A stretch of DNA of 64,000 nt from an uncultured Actinomycetes bacterium (GTDB taxonomy: Bacteria > Actinomycetota > Thermoleophilia > UBA2241), in assembly GCA_963725665.1 (NCBI GenBank), contig CAVRZA010000003.1, positions 224,001 to 288,000 on the forward strand. Direction: 5' to 3'. The notes beneath the pieces were generated by a model. The model searched no databases. It saw only the letters and a program-made list of their open reading frames with translations, and had not been told where the DNA came from. The position numbers and the translations under genes were made by a program. Shown here piece after piece: positions 52,110 through 63,532 of this stretch. The stretch's first letter is position 1, and each line of letters starts with the position of its first letter.

Positions 52110-52667
52110 GTGGAGAAAGAGCTGCTCGACGAGGCCAAGGCGCGCATGGCGAAGGCCGTGGAGGCGACGCGGACGGAGTTCAACACCGTGCGCAGCGGGC
52201 GCGCCTCGACCGGCCTGCTCGACCGCGTGCACGTCGACTACTACGGCGCCTCGACGCCGCTCAGACAACTGGCGAACATCGCCGTGCCCGAGGCTCGGCT
52301 GCTCACCATCACGCCCTACGACAAGGGCTCCATCCGCGCCATCGAGAAGGCCATCCTCGAGTCCGACCTGGGGCTCAACCCGAGCAACGACGGCACGATC
52401 ATCCGCCTGCCGGTACCCACTCTGACCGAGGAGCGCCGCCGCGACCTCGTGAAGCTGGTCCATCGCCTGGCTGAGGACGGACGCGTCGCCGTACGCAACA
52501 TCCGCCGCGACTGCATGAAGGACCTGAAGGAGCTGCGCGAGGAAGGCATGGTGGGCGAGGACGCCGAACGCCGTGCCGAGGAGCAGTTGCAGAAGCTGAC
52601 CGACCAGCACGTGCACGAGATCGACGAGCTCCTGAAGCACAAGGAGCAGGAGATCATGGAGGTCTAG
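52110..52667 (+). CDS. frr: Ribosome recycling factor
   Basis: RSGRA, DYYG, LTEERR, RNIRR. Confidence 0.97.
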   Translation: MEKELLDEAKARMAKAVEATRTEFNTVRSGRASTGLLDRVHVDYYGASTPLRQLANIAVPEARLLTITPYDKGSIRAIEKAILESDLGLNPSNDGTIIRLPVPTLTEERRRDLVKLVHRLAEDGRVAVRNIRRDCMKDLKELREEGMVGEDAERRAEEQLQKLTDQHVHEIDELLKHKEQEIMEV

Positions 52668-52750
52668 GCTCCGCGCGTCTCACGGCGCGGACCGCCGCTC
52701 GCCATGGTCACCCTCAATCACGGTCGCCGCGCCTGCGGCGCCCCCCTGCG

Positions 52751-53511
52751 ATGAGCCGCCTCTCGCTGTGGCGGCGTCTCCGCGGCGGTGCGCTCAAGCC
52801 GGCCGCCGAGCCCGCCGCGGGCGGCGCGGCATGCCGCTACCTCGCCATCATCATGGACGGCAACGGGCGCTGGGCGCAGCGCCGCCACGTGCCCGTGGCC
52901 GCAGGCCATCGGGCAGGCGCCAAGGCGCTGCGCCGCGTCGTCGAGCGTGCCATCGACCGCGACATCCTGGAGCTCACGGCGTTCACGTTCTCGACCGAGA
53001 ACTGGAACCGTTCGCCGGAGGAGGTCGCGGCCATCGTCGACCTCTTCCTGGAGCAGGTGGCCACCGAGGTGCCCGAGGTGCAAGCGCGCGGCGCGCGGGT
53101 GCGTTTCCTCGGCCGACGTGAGGGCCTCGAGGAGCGCCTGACGGCGGCCATGGACGCCGCCGAGGCGGCCAACCCGCGCGACGCGCGCATGACGCTCTAC
53201 ATCGCCTTCAACTACGGCGCGCGGGCCGAGATCCTCGACGCGCTGCAGGCGCTGGTGTCAGAGGCCGCCGCGGGGGGTTCGCAGGTGAGCGAGGAGGCGC
53301 TGCGCGCGCACTTCTACGCCCCTGAGATGCACGATCCCGAGCTCCTCATAAGGACGAGCGGGGAGGAGAGGGTCTCCAACTTCCTCCTCTGGCAGATCGC
53401 CTACAGCGAGCTGTTGTTCGTCGAGAAGCTGTGGCCCGACTTCACGCCCGACGACCTCGACGAGGCCCTCGACGTCTACGCGCGCCGGGCGCGGCGCTTC
53501 GGAGGGCGCTG

Positions 53512-53512
<1 letters not shown>
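52751..53512 (+). CDS. uppS: Undecaprenyl diphosphate synthase
   Basis: IMDGNGRWA, FSTENW, RTSGE, SNFLLWQ. Confidence 0.96.
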
Positions 53513-54297
<785 letters not shown>

Positions 54298-54323
54298 GCG
54301 CGGCGCCGGAGGTTGCGCGACGC

Positions 54324-54450
54324 GACATCCGAGAGAGCGCGGGATGTCTAAAAGAGTGTGTGATCACCGAAGAGTGTGCGATGGCTGTGAGTGCGGCGAT
54401 GGCTAAGAGAGTGTGCGATGTCTGAGAGAGCAGATGATGGCTGAGGCAGG
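54324..54450 (+). repeat. Seven degenerate 18-19-nt direct repeats upstream of dxr
   Basis: Units begin at 54324, 54343, 54362, 54380, 54398, 54417, 54436; approximate consensus GATGKCTRAGAGAGTGTGC. Confidence 0.7.
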
Positions 54451-55684
54451 AGGCCCGGTGGCGTCGGCTCCGCGATTCGTGCTCGTGCTCGGGTCGACCG
54501 GCTCCATCGGGCGCCAGGCCCTGGAGGTCATCTCGGCGACCCCAGGCTTGAGCGTCGCCGGCCTCGCGGCGCACGCCGACGTCGACGGCCTGCTGCAGCA
54601 GGCCGTCGACGCCGGCGTGCGCCTGCTCGCCCTGGGCGACGAGAGGCGCGCCGCAGAGGCACGCGAGCGGCTCGGGAGCCTGCCCGGCGGGCGGTCGCCA
54701 CACAAGACCCTCAACGACGCGCGTGTCTTCGTCGGCGACGAGGGCGTCGAGGAGCTCATCGCAGTGGCTGCCGCCGAGGCGCAGGCCGGCGGCGCCGAGC
54801 TGATCGTGCTCAACGCCGTCGTCGGCGCCGCCGGCCTGCGCGCGACCATGGCGACCCTGCGCCGGGGCGTCACCCTGGCTCTGGCCAACAAGGAGAGCCT
54901 CGTCGCCGGCGGTCCGTTCGTGCTCGAAGCGGCCCGCCAGGACGGCGCGCGGATCCTCCCGGTCGACAGCGAGCACAGCGCCATCTTCCAGCTCCTCGAG
55001 GGCGAGCGGCCCCAGGCGATCGAGGAGATCCTCCTCACGGGCTCCGGCGGGCCGTTCCGCGGCCGCTCGCGCGCGGAGCTGCCCGACGTGACGGCCGACG
55101 ACGCGCTACGCCACCCGACGTGGGTCATGGGTCCCAAGATCACCATCGACTCGGCCACGTTGATGAACAAGGGCCTCGAGGTGATCGAGGCGCACTACCT
55201 CTTCGGCGTGCCCTATGAGCGCGTGACCGTCGTGATCCACCCGCAGTCGATCGTCCACTCGCTGGTGCGCTTCGCCGACGGAGCGCTGCTGGCGCACCTG
55301 GGTGTGCCCGACATGAGAGTGCCCATCGGCTACGCGCTGAGCTTCCCGGCGCGCGCCGACCTGCCCATGGTGGAGCGTCTCGACCTCTCGAACCGTGCCC
55401 TCACCTTCGAGCCGCCCGACACGGAGACGTTCCGCTGCCTCGCGCTCGCCTACGCGGCCGGCAGCGCCGGGGGAGCCGCGCCCGCCGTGCTGAACGCCGC
55501 CAACGAGGTGGCCGTGCACGCCTTCCTCGAAGGGAGGATCGGCTTCCTCGACATCGCTGCGCTGGTCGAGGAAGCCCTCGCCGCGCTCGGCGCCTCAGCG
55601 TGCGCCTCGATCGACGACATATACGCCGCCGACAGCGCCGCACGCGGGTTTGTGCTCAGGAAGCTAGGGCAAGCTTCCGAGTAG
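54437..55684 (+). CDS. dxr: 1-deoxy-D-xylulose 5-phosphate reductoisomerase
   Basis: LGSTGSIG, LANKESLV, PVDSEH, GSGGPF, MNKGLE. Confidence 0.96.
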   Translation: MAEAGGPVASAPRFVLVLGSTGSIGRQALEVISATPGLSVAGLAAHADVDGLLQQAVDAGVRLLALGDERRAAEARERLGSLPGGRSPHKTLNDARVFVGDEGVEELIAVAAAEAQAGGAELIVLNAVVGAAGLRATMATLRRGVTLALANKESLVAGGPFVLEAARQDGARILPVDSEHSAIFQLLEGERPQAIEEILLTGSGGPFRGRSRAELPDVTADDALRHPTWVMGPKITIDSATLMNKGLEVIEAHYLFGVPYERVTVVIHPQSIVHSLVRFADGALLAHLGVPDMRVPIGYALSFPARADLPMVERLDLSNRALTFEPPDTETFRCLALAYAAGSAGGAAPAVLNAANEVAVHAFLEGRIGFLDIAALVEEALAALGASACASIDDIYAADSAARGFVLRKLGQASE

Positions 55685-55685
55685 A

Positions 55686-56909
55686 ATGTCTGAAGTGGAT
55701 GATTCGAATCCCATCTCCCCAGAAGAGAAACCGCGCCGCCGGCGTCCCGTGAGCGACCCGCGTCGCCGCGGCGACGGCGAGTCCGAAGAGCAGAGATCGC
55801 TGCTCGGCCGCTACTCCTGGCTCCTGCTCGTCGGCCTCGGGCTGGCGCTCGTCTTCTCGAGTTGGATGCTCGCCGTTGCCATCATCGGCCTCGCCTTCTT
55901 GATCCTCGTGCACGAGTTCGGCCACTTCCTCTTCGCCAAGTTGTTCGGCATGCGCGTGGAGAAGTTCTACATCGGCTTCCCGCCGGCGGCGGCCAAGAAG
56001 ACCAGGGGTGAGACCGAGTACGGCATCGGCTGGATCCCTCTGGGCGGGTTCTGCAAGATCAGCGGCATGACGCCCGACGAGGAGGTGCCGCCCGACACCG
56101 GAGACCGCGTCTACTACAAGAAACCGGTGTGGCAGCGCAACCTGGCCATCTTCGGCGGACCGCTCATGAACTTCATCGCCGCGGCGGTGATCATCTTCGT
56201 CTTCTTGGTCGTCGCCGGCGTGCCCAAAGCCTCGCTGACCATCGACTCGGTGATGCCCGGCACGCCGGCCGCAGGGATAGGGATGCAGCGCGGCGACACC
56301 CTGGTCGGGGCGAACGGCCAGCGCTGGACCGACTGGGAGCAGGCGACGGCGTTCCTCAAGGCGAACCCCAACAAGACGATCGAGCTCATCTACAAGACGC
56401 CCAGCGGCGATCTCAAGACGGCGACCGTGCGGCTGGTCTCCAACCCCAACGACAAGCGCAGCGGCTACCTGGGTGTGCGCGTCGGCGAGACCACCAGCCA
56501 TCCCAACCCGGTCAGCGCCGCCAGGACCGCCGTTGTCACGACGGGTGACGTCATCTACCGCACCTTCGAGGGCTTCTACCTGCTCGTCACGGGCAAGATC
56601 AACCCGACCGGGCCCAACGGGGCAGTCGGCCCGGTCGGCATCGTCTCGGTCTCGCAGCAGGCCGTGCAGCAGCACTGGTACCCACTCTTCCTGGCCTTCA
56701 TCAGCGTGAACCTGGGCATCATCAACCTGCTGCCCATCCTGCCCTTCGACGGCGGCCACATCTTCTTCAACACGCTGGAGCGCGTCCGCGGCGGTCGCCG
56801 CGTCGACAGGCGCGTCATCGAACGCATCGTGGCCGTGAGCGTGGCCGTGCTCATCACGCTCGCCATCTTCTTGACTTTCAACGACATCAGCCGGCTGATC
56901 AGCGGGTAG
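55686..56909 (+). CDS. rseP: RseP-like M50 intramembrane protease with PDZ domain
   Basis: HEFGH, PLGG, NLLPILPFDGG. Confidence 0.92.
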   Translation: MSEVDDSNPISPEEKPRRRRPVSDPRRRGDGESEEQRSLLGRYSWLLLVGLGLALVFSSWMLAVAIIGLAFLILVHEFGHFLFAKLFGMRVEKFYIGFPPAAAKKTRGETEYGIGWIPLGGFCKISGMTPDEEVPPDTGDRVYYKKPVWQRNLAIFGGPLMNFIAAAVIIFVFLVVAGVPKASLTIDSVMPGTPAAGIGMQRGDTLVGANGQRWTDWEQATAFLKANPNKTIELIYKTPSGDLKTATVRLVSNPNDKRSGYLGVRVGETTSHPNPVSAARTAVVTTGDVIYRTFEGFYLLVTGKINPTGPNGAVGPVGIVSVSQQAVQQHWYPLFLAFISVNLGIINLLPILPFDGGHIFFNTLERVRGGRRVDRRVIERIVAVSVAVLITLAIFLTFNDISRLISG

Positions 56910-56978
56910 CGCGGTCGCGTGACCGGTCGCGTGCCCGTCCGGCTTGCCGCGGGCGCTACCACGCCGGCTCGCCAGGGA

Positions 56979-57464
56979 CTACTTGAGGTGCAGGGAGGGG
57001 ATGCGCTCGGCGAGCAGATCAAGAAGACCGGGGCGAAGCTCGCGGCGGTAGCGCTCAGGTGGGCGGGCCCGCAACTCCGCGACAATGAGCTCGGGGCGTG
57101 GCGGGACGACGATCGCGTCGAGCTGGCTGACCAACGGGGCGGGGCTTTGCGAGGTGGGGAGGAGGGGCGCGGCGAGCACTCGCCGTCGCAGCTCGTAGGC
57201 GAGGCCCAGAGCCCACACGACCCAGGGATCGCGGAGAGTGTCCTCGCCCAGCAGGCAGAGAGCGGCCGAGGCCCGGTTCATGCGCTGCGCGAGACTGGAA
57301 CGGATGTAGCATGCCCCGACGGTATCGAAGCGGTCGCTCACGAGCGCGACATCGACGCCCAAGCCGTAGCCCCTACGGAGATCGCTCACGAGCGACTGCG
57401 CAAGCGGCACGTCGCGCTCGACCATCGTCAGAAACAAGTGTCCTTTTGTCGGCGTGTCGGCCAC
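56979..57464 (-). CDS. Stand-alone TIR-like (ThsB/DUF1863-like) protein
   Basis: LFLT, YIRSSL, ALCLLGEDT, PWVVWAL pattern; RBS GGGAG before GTG. Confidence 0.5.
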   Translation of the reverse strand: MADTPTKGHLFLTMVERDVPLAQSLVSDLRRGYGLGVDVALVSDRFDTVGACYIRSSLAQRMNRASAALCLLGEDTLRDPWVVWALGLAYELRRRVLAAPLLPTSQSPAPLVSQLDAIVVPPRPELIVAELRARPPERYRRELRPGLLDLLAERIPSLHLK

Positions 57465-57637
57465 GGCTCCCTCGCCCTCCTCGGCTCGTGAGCATGCGGT
57501 TGCCTTCCGAGGAGCATTCGCCCCTGGCGACGGCGACACCTTCCGGCCTCTCCCTCAACCTCTCCCTGAAGGCGAAAGTCGCGCGGGGAGACGGCATCCG
57601 TAGCGGGACGAGGCGCCATCGCGTATCCTCGGGGCCG

Positions 57638-58702
57638 ATGGAGCGCAAAAAGACACGGCAGATCCACGTCGGGCCTGTCGCCGTGGGCGGCGGCACGCCG
57701 GTCGTTGTCCAGTCGATGACCTCGACGCCGACGGGCGACGAGAGGGCCACGCTCGACCAGATCGTGCGTCTGGCCGCTGCGGGTTGCGAGGTCGTGCGCG
57801 TCAGCCTGCCCTCGGTCGACGAGCAGGAGGCGTTCGCGCACATCGTCGAGCACTCGCCGCTGCCGGTCATCGCTGACATCCACTTCGACTACCGCCTCGC
57901 CCTGATGGCGCTCGAGCGTGGCGCGGCCGGGGTGCGCGTCAACCCTGGCACCATCGGGCCGCAGCGCGTCGTGCGGCAGATCGTGGAGAAGGCCGCGCGG
58001 CACGGGGCCGCCGTGCGCATCGGCGTCAACTCGGGGTCGCTGCCGCGCGCGCTGCGTGAGCTGGCGCGCGCGCAGCCTGTCGAGGCCCTTGTGCGGGCAG
58101 CCGTCGGCTTCGCCGAGCGCTTCGATGAGTGGGGCTTTCGCGAGTTCAAGATCTCGGTGAAGTCGTCGAGCGTGCCCGACACCGTGGCCGCCTACCGGTT
58201 GCTGAGCGAGCGCACCGACGCGCCGCTGCACATCGGCGTCACTGAGGCCGGCACCGTCTGGGGCGGCACGATCAAGAGTGCCGTCGGCATCGGCACGCTA
58301 CTGGCCGAGGGCATCGGCGACACGTTGCGCGTGTCGCTCACCGGCGACCCCGTGGAGGAGGTGCGCGTCGCCTGGGCGATCCTCGCGGCGCTCGAGCTGC
58401 GGCGGCGAGGGCCCAACCTGATCTCGTGCCCGACCTGCGGTCGCACCGAGCTCGATCTGGCGGCCCTCGCCGCCGCGGTCGAGCGCCGCCTGCAGGCCTA
58501 CGCGGCGCCCATCTCGGTCGCCGTCATGGGCTGTCGCGTGAACGGACCCGAGGAGGCGCGCCTGGCCGACTTCGGCATCGCCGGCGGCAGGGGCGAGGGG
58601 GTCGTCTTCGCCGGCGGGCGCAAGGTCGCCACAGTGTCCGAAGACAAGCTCGTCGAGGCGCTGTTCGCGGAGATCGACCGCGTGGTCGTCGATCTCAGCT
58701 AG
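57638..58702 (+). CDS. ispG: HMBPP synthase IspG
   Basis: VQSMT, ADIHF, RVNPG, RIGVNSGS, CPTCGR, VMGC. Confidence 0.96.
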   Translation: MERKKTRQIHVGPVAVGGGTPVVVQSMTSTPTGDERATLDQIVRLAAAGCEVVRVSLPSVDEQEAFAHIVEHSPLPVIADIHFDYRLALMALERGAAGVRVNPGTIGPQRVVRQIVEKAARHGAAVRIGVNSGSLPRALRELARAQPVEALVRAAVGFAERFDEWGFREFKISVKSSSVPDTVAAYRLLSERTDAPLHIGVTEAGTVWGGTIKSAVGIGTLLAEGIGDTLRVSLTGDPVEEVRVAWAILAALELRRRGPNLISCPTCGRTELDLAALAAAVERRLQAYAAPISVAVMGCRVNGPEEARLADFGIAGGRGEGVVFAGGRKVATVSEDKLVEALFAEIDRVVVDLS

Positions 58703-58749
58703 GGCGACGCCCGCCTGGGCCTCATCCCTGTGCGAAGCAAGTCGGCAAA

Positions 58750-58802
58750 CGAGTGAGCGGCGGGCGGGCTGCCCCGAGGGCAGCCCGCCCGCCGCTCACT
58801 CG
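58750..58802. terminator. 25-bp perfect inverted repeat between convergent genes
   Basis: CGAGTGAGCGGCGGGCGGGCTGCCC-CGA-GGGCAGCCCGCCCGCCGCTCACTCG. Confidence 0.7.
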
Positions 58803-58818
58803 CCGTTCGAACGGCCGC

Positions 58819-61800
58819 TCAGTACACCTTGAGGCGGTTCACGCCCACGATCAGCTGCTTGTTGCCAGCTCGGTCGGTGGCGTAGACCCAGAAGCGGTAC
58901 GTGCTCCGCGCGAGCCCGCAGCGGAAACGGTATCTCTGGCTCGTGTTGACCCCGCGCAGTCCGGGCTTGAGGGTCTTCACCGTTCGTCCGCCCAGGGTCT
59001 TGATCCTGATCGTGACCGTCGCCTTGCCGCACGTCGGCTTGAGGTCCTTGACGCTGTACCGGAGCGTCACGTAGCGGTTGCGGCGAACACTCGTACGATA
59101 GGGAGCGACCGTGGTCGGTTGCCGGGTGTCGATGTGGACATCCTTGGCTTTCGTCGTCTCGACGTTGCCGGCGAAGTCTGTGGAGCGGAACCCGACGGCG
59201 TTCAGGCCGTCGTTGCTGTGGTTCCGGAGGGCGGCGACGAGAAGCCAGCTGTTCTGCACCCAGGTCTTGCCGCCGTCAAGCGTGTACTGGGACTCGGCAA
59301 CACCGGAACGCAGGTCTGTCGCCGTGAGCGTCACCGTCACGTCGTGGTTGTGCCAGCCCGTCCCGCCGCCGGTCGCCGTCGTCGCCGGCGGCGCGGTGTC
59401 GATGGCGATCTTCGCGGTCTTGCTGACCTCGAGGTCTCCTCTCGTGTCCTCAGAGCGGTAGGCGAGGGTGTGGCGTCCGTCGTTGGAGTGGTCGCCCGGC
59501 GCGGGGATGGCAACCTCGGTGCCCCTCTTCCAGGCTCCGCCATCCACCGAGTGCTCCGTGAAGGCGACGCCAGAGGGGTCCTCGGCGGTGAGGGTCACGA
59601 CAACAGCCTCATTCTGCCACGCCGAGTTCCACTTGGAGGTCGTGCTCGAAGCCGTCGTGTTCGGCGCCAGGCTTTCCGGAGGTACTCCCTCGGTCTTCAC
59701 GGAGGACGTCTGGGTGCTCTCCACGTTGTCGGTGTTGTCGACCGAGCGGTAGTAGAGGGTATGGGTCACGCGCGTCTCGAGGGGCATGAACGAGACGGAG
59801 TCGCCCCTCGTCCACGTCGACTCGTCGTCGGCCCTGTACTCCGTGTAGGCCACTCCCGAGGCGCCGTCGGTGGCCTTGAGGGTTACCGTCACCCAGTCGG
59901 TGTGCCAGACGTCATCGGCGCCTGTCTGCGTCGTGACCGGGGGTGTGGCGTCGACCTTGACGTGCATCGTGTTCGGAGGCTCGGCGTTGCCCGCAGCGTC
60001 AGTCGAGCGGTAGTCGATCGTGTGATCGCCGTCGACGCTCACCATGACGCTGGTCGCCGTCTGCCAGCCGCCAACATCGATCCTGTACTGTGTGGTCGCG
60101 ACTCCAGACCCGCCGGCATCGGTGGCCCTGAAGGTGACCGTCACAGGACCCTTCTGCCAGTTTCCCGTTGCACCCGACTGAGTGGTCGTGGGCACCGTCA
60201 AGTCGATCTTGACGTGCACGGTAGTGGTGGCCTCCACGTTGCCTGCGTTGTCGGTCGAGCGGTAGCCCAGGGTGTGATCACCCTGCGTGTCGAGAGCCAC
60301 GATGGTCCCGGTCTGCCAGAGACCGCCGTCGATACTGTACTCGGTCGTGGCCACCCCAGAACCTGTGTCGGTGGCGGACAGCGTCACCGCGACGGCACCA
60401 TTGTGCCAGGCGCCGTCGGCGCCCGTCTGCGTCGTGACCGGCGGCGTCGCGTCGCCGAAGCTGGCGCTGACGCTCAGGTCGGCGGTCACGTTGGTGTCGG
60501 TGCGGCTGGCGGTGGTGACGTTGTCGCTCCACTTCACGAACTGGTAGCCGGTGGCGGGCACCGCGGTCACCGCGGTGCCGTTCGCCCCGTAGGCGACGGT
60601 CTGCGGACTCGTGCCCTGGATCGAGCCGTGGGCACCCGCCGTGTAGGTGAGGGTGAAGGTGTCGATGGCGAAGCTGGCGCTGACGCTCAGGTCGGCGGTC
60701 ACGTTGCTGTCGGTGCGCGGGTTGGCGGTCTTGCCGTCGCTCCAGCTGACGAAGTGGTAGCCGGTGGCCGGCACCGCGGTCACGGCGGTGCCGTCGCCCC
60801 GTAGGCGACGGTCTGCGGGCTCGTGCCCTGGATCGAGCCGTGGGCACCGGCCGTGTAGGTGAGCGTGAAGCTGTCGATGGCGAAGCTGGCGCTGACGCTC
60901 AGGTCGGCGGTCACATTGCTGTCGGTGCGGCTGGCGGTGGTGACGTTGTCGCTCCACTTGACGAAGTGGTAGCCGGTGGCGGGCACCGCCGTCACCTCGC
61001 TGCCGTCGGCGCCGTAGGCCACGGTCTGCGGACTCGTGCCCTGATCGAGCCGTGGGCACCGGCCGTGTAGGTGAGGGTGAAGGTGTCGATGGCGAAGCTG
61101 GCGCTGACGCTCAGGTCGGCGGTCACGTTGGTATCGGTCCTCGGGTTGGCCGTCTTGTTGTCGCTCCACTTGACGAAGTGGTAGCCGGTGGCCGGCACCG
61201 CCGTCACGGCGGTGCCGTCGCCGCCGTAGGTGACGCGTCTGGGGCATGCGCCGCTGATCGAGCCGTGGGCGCCGGCGGCGTAGGTGAGGGTGAAGCTGTC
61301 GATGGCGAAGCTGGCCGTGACGCTGATGTCGGCCGTCACGTTGCTGTCGGTGCGCGGGTTGGCGGTGCTTGTTGTCGCTCCACTTGACGAAGTGGTAGCC
61401 GGTGGCCGGCACCGCCGTCACGGCGGTGCCGTCACCGCCGTAGGCGCACGGTCTGCGAGGCATCGGCCGTGATCGAGCCGTGGGCGCCGGCGGTGTAGGT
61501 GAGGCTGAAGGTGTCGATGGCGAAGCTGGCCGTGACGCTGATGTCGGCGGTCACGTTGCTGTCGGTGCGCGGGTTGGCCGGTGCTTGTTGTCGCTCCACT
61601 TGACGAAGTGGTAGCCGGTGGCGGGCACCGCCGTCACGGCGGTGCCGTCACCGCCGTAGGCGCACGCTCTGCGAGGCATCGCCCGTGATCGAGCCGTGGG
61701 CGCCGGCGGCGTAGGTGAGGGTGAAGGTGTCGATGGCGAAGCTGGCCGTGACGCTGATGTCGGCGGTCACGTTGCTGTCGGTGCGCGGGTTCTCGGTGCT

Positions 61801-63243
61801 GTTGTCGCTCCACTTGACGAAGTGGTAGCCGGTGTCCGGCACCGCCGTCACGGCGGTGCCGTCACCGCCGTAGGCGCACGCTCTGCGAGGCATCGCCGCG
61901 TGATCGAGCCGTGGGCGCCGGCGGCGTAGGTGAGGCTGAAGGTGTCGATGGCGAAGGTGGCCGTGACGCTGATGTCGGCGGTCACGTTGCTGTCGGTGCG
62001 CGGGTTGTCGGTGCTGTTGTCGCTCCACTTGACGAAGTGGTAGCCGGTGTCGGGCACCGCCGTCACGGCGGTGCCGTCACCGCCGTAGGCGCACGCTCTG
62101 CGAGGCATCGCCGGTGATCGAGCCGTGGGCGCCGGCCGCGTAGGTGAGGCTGAAGGTGTCGATGGCGAAGGTGGCCGTGACGCTGATGTCGGCCGTCACG
62201 TTGCTGTCGGTGCGCGGGTTCTCGGTGCTGTTGTCGCTCCACTTGACGAAGTGGTAGCCGGTGGCGGGCACCGCCGTCACGGCGGTGCCGTCACCGCCGT
62301 AGGCGCACGCTCTGTGAGGCATCGCCCGTGATCGAGCCGTGGGCGCCGGCGGCGTAGGTGAGGCTGAAGGTGTCGATGGCGAAGGTGGCCGTGACGCTGA
62401 TGTCGGCGGTCACGTTGCTGTCGGTGCGCGGGTTCTCGGTGCTGTTGTCGCTCCACTTGACGAAGTGGTAGCCGGTGTCGGGCACCGCCGTCACGGCGGT
62501 GCCGTCACCGCCGTAGGCGCACGCTCTGCGAGGCATCGCCCGTGATCGAGCCGTGGGCGCCGGCGGCGTAGGTGAGGCTGAAGGTGTCGATGGCGAAGGT
62601 GGCCGTGACGCTGATGTCGGCGGTCACGTTGCTGTCGGTGCGCGGGTTCTCGGTGCTGTTGTCGCTCCACTTGACGAAGTGGTAGCCGGTGTCGGGCACC
62701 GCCGTCACGGCGGTGCCGTCACCGCCGTAGGCGCACGCTCTGCGAGGCATCGCCGGTGATCGAGCCGTGGGCGCCCGCCGCGTAGGTGAGGCTGAAGGTG
62801 TCGATGGCGAAGGTGGCCGTGACGTCGACGTCGGCCGGTCACGTTGCTGTCGGTCCTCGGGTTGTCCGTGCTGCCGTCGCTCCACTGACGAAGTGGTAGC
62901 CGGTGTCCGGCACCGCCGTCACCGGGGTGCCGTCTGCCAGGTAGTCGACGGTCTGCGGGCTCGTGCCGTCGATCGCGCCGTCGGCGCCCGCCGTGTAGGT
63001 GAGGGTGTAGGTGTCGCCTACGTCGAGCGGACCGAGGGACCGGAGCGGATTCGCGCTCGCGCTCAGTACGCCCACCACCAGGAGAACCACGACCAGTGCG
63101 ACGGCCGCAAGGAGCACCTGGCTACGCATGCGCCGGCGACGACGGCGGGGGCGAGTGCCCGGGGCGCCCGTTCGCCCCCGCATCAGGCCTGTCAGCAGGC
63201 GGAACAAACCGGAGTGTGACCTAGTGCCCGGTCCAGAGTCCAT
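58819..63243 (-). CDS. Large surface protein: signal/anchor, 12 InlB-B-like repeats, 5 Ig-like repeats, basic C-terminal domain (many frameshifts)
   Basis: Basic then hydrophobic N-terminus; TAVPATGYHFVKWSD repeats; PPVTT..VTLxATD..YRSTDxAGNVE repeats. Confidence 0.8.
60455..63012 (-). repeat. 12 x ~213-nt coding tandem repeat (71 aa)
   Basis: Core tggtagccggt occurs 12 times at 212-215 nt spacing. Confidence 0.9.
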
Positions 63244-63532
63244 GACCCCCCCTTGAACGAGGCGGACCGCCGCCCGCCGAGAGCTCACCACTCTGCTTAT
63301 AACGCCCGCGGGAACGAGCGTCAAACGTGGTCACCCGTCTACGGCATCGCGGCGCCCGTCTCCCGCACCGCTGTTGTCAGGGTGGGAGACGCCTCCTTAC
63401 AGGGGGCCTCTGTGCGGGCGTGGCCTTCCGCACTCGAAAGGGAAGCGCCACGGGTCGTTGTTCTGCACCGCTTGATCGAGCGTGGGCGGGGGACAGCGGG
63501 TTGGGCTCCCCGCCCTAAGAGCGCCGCCGCGG

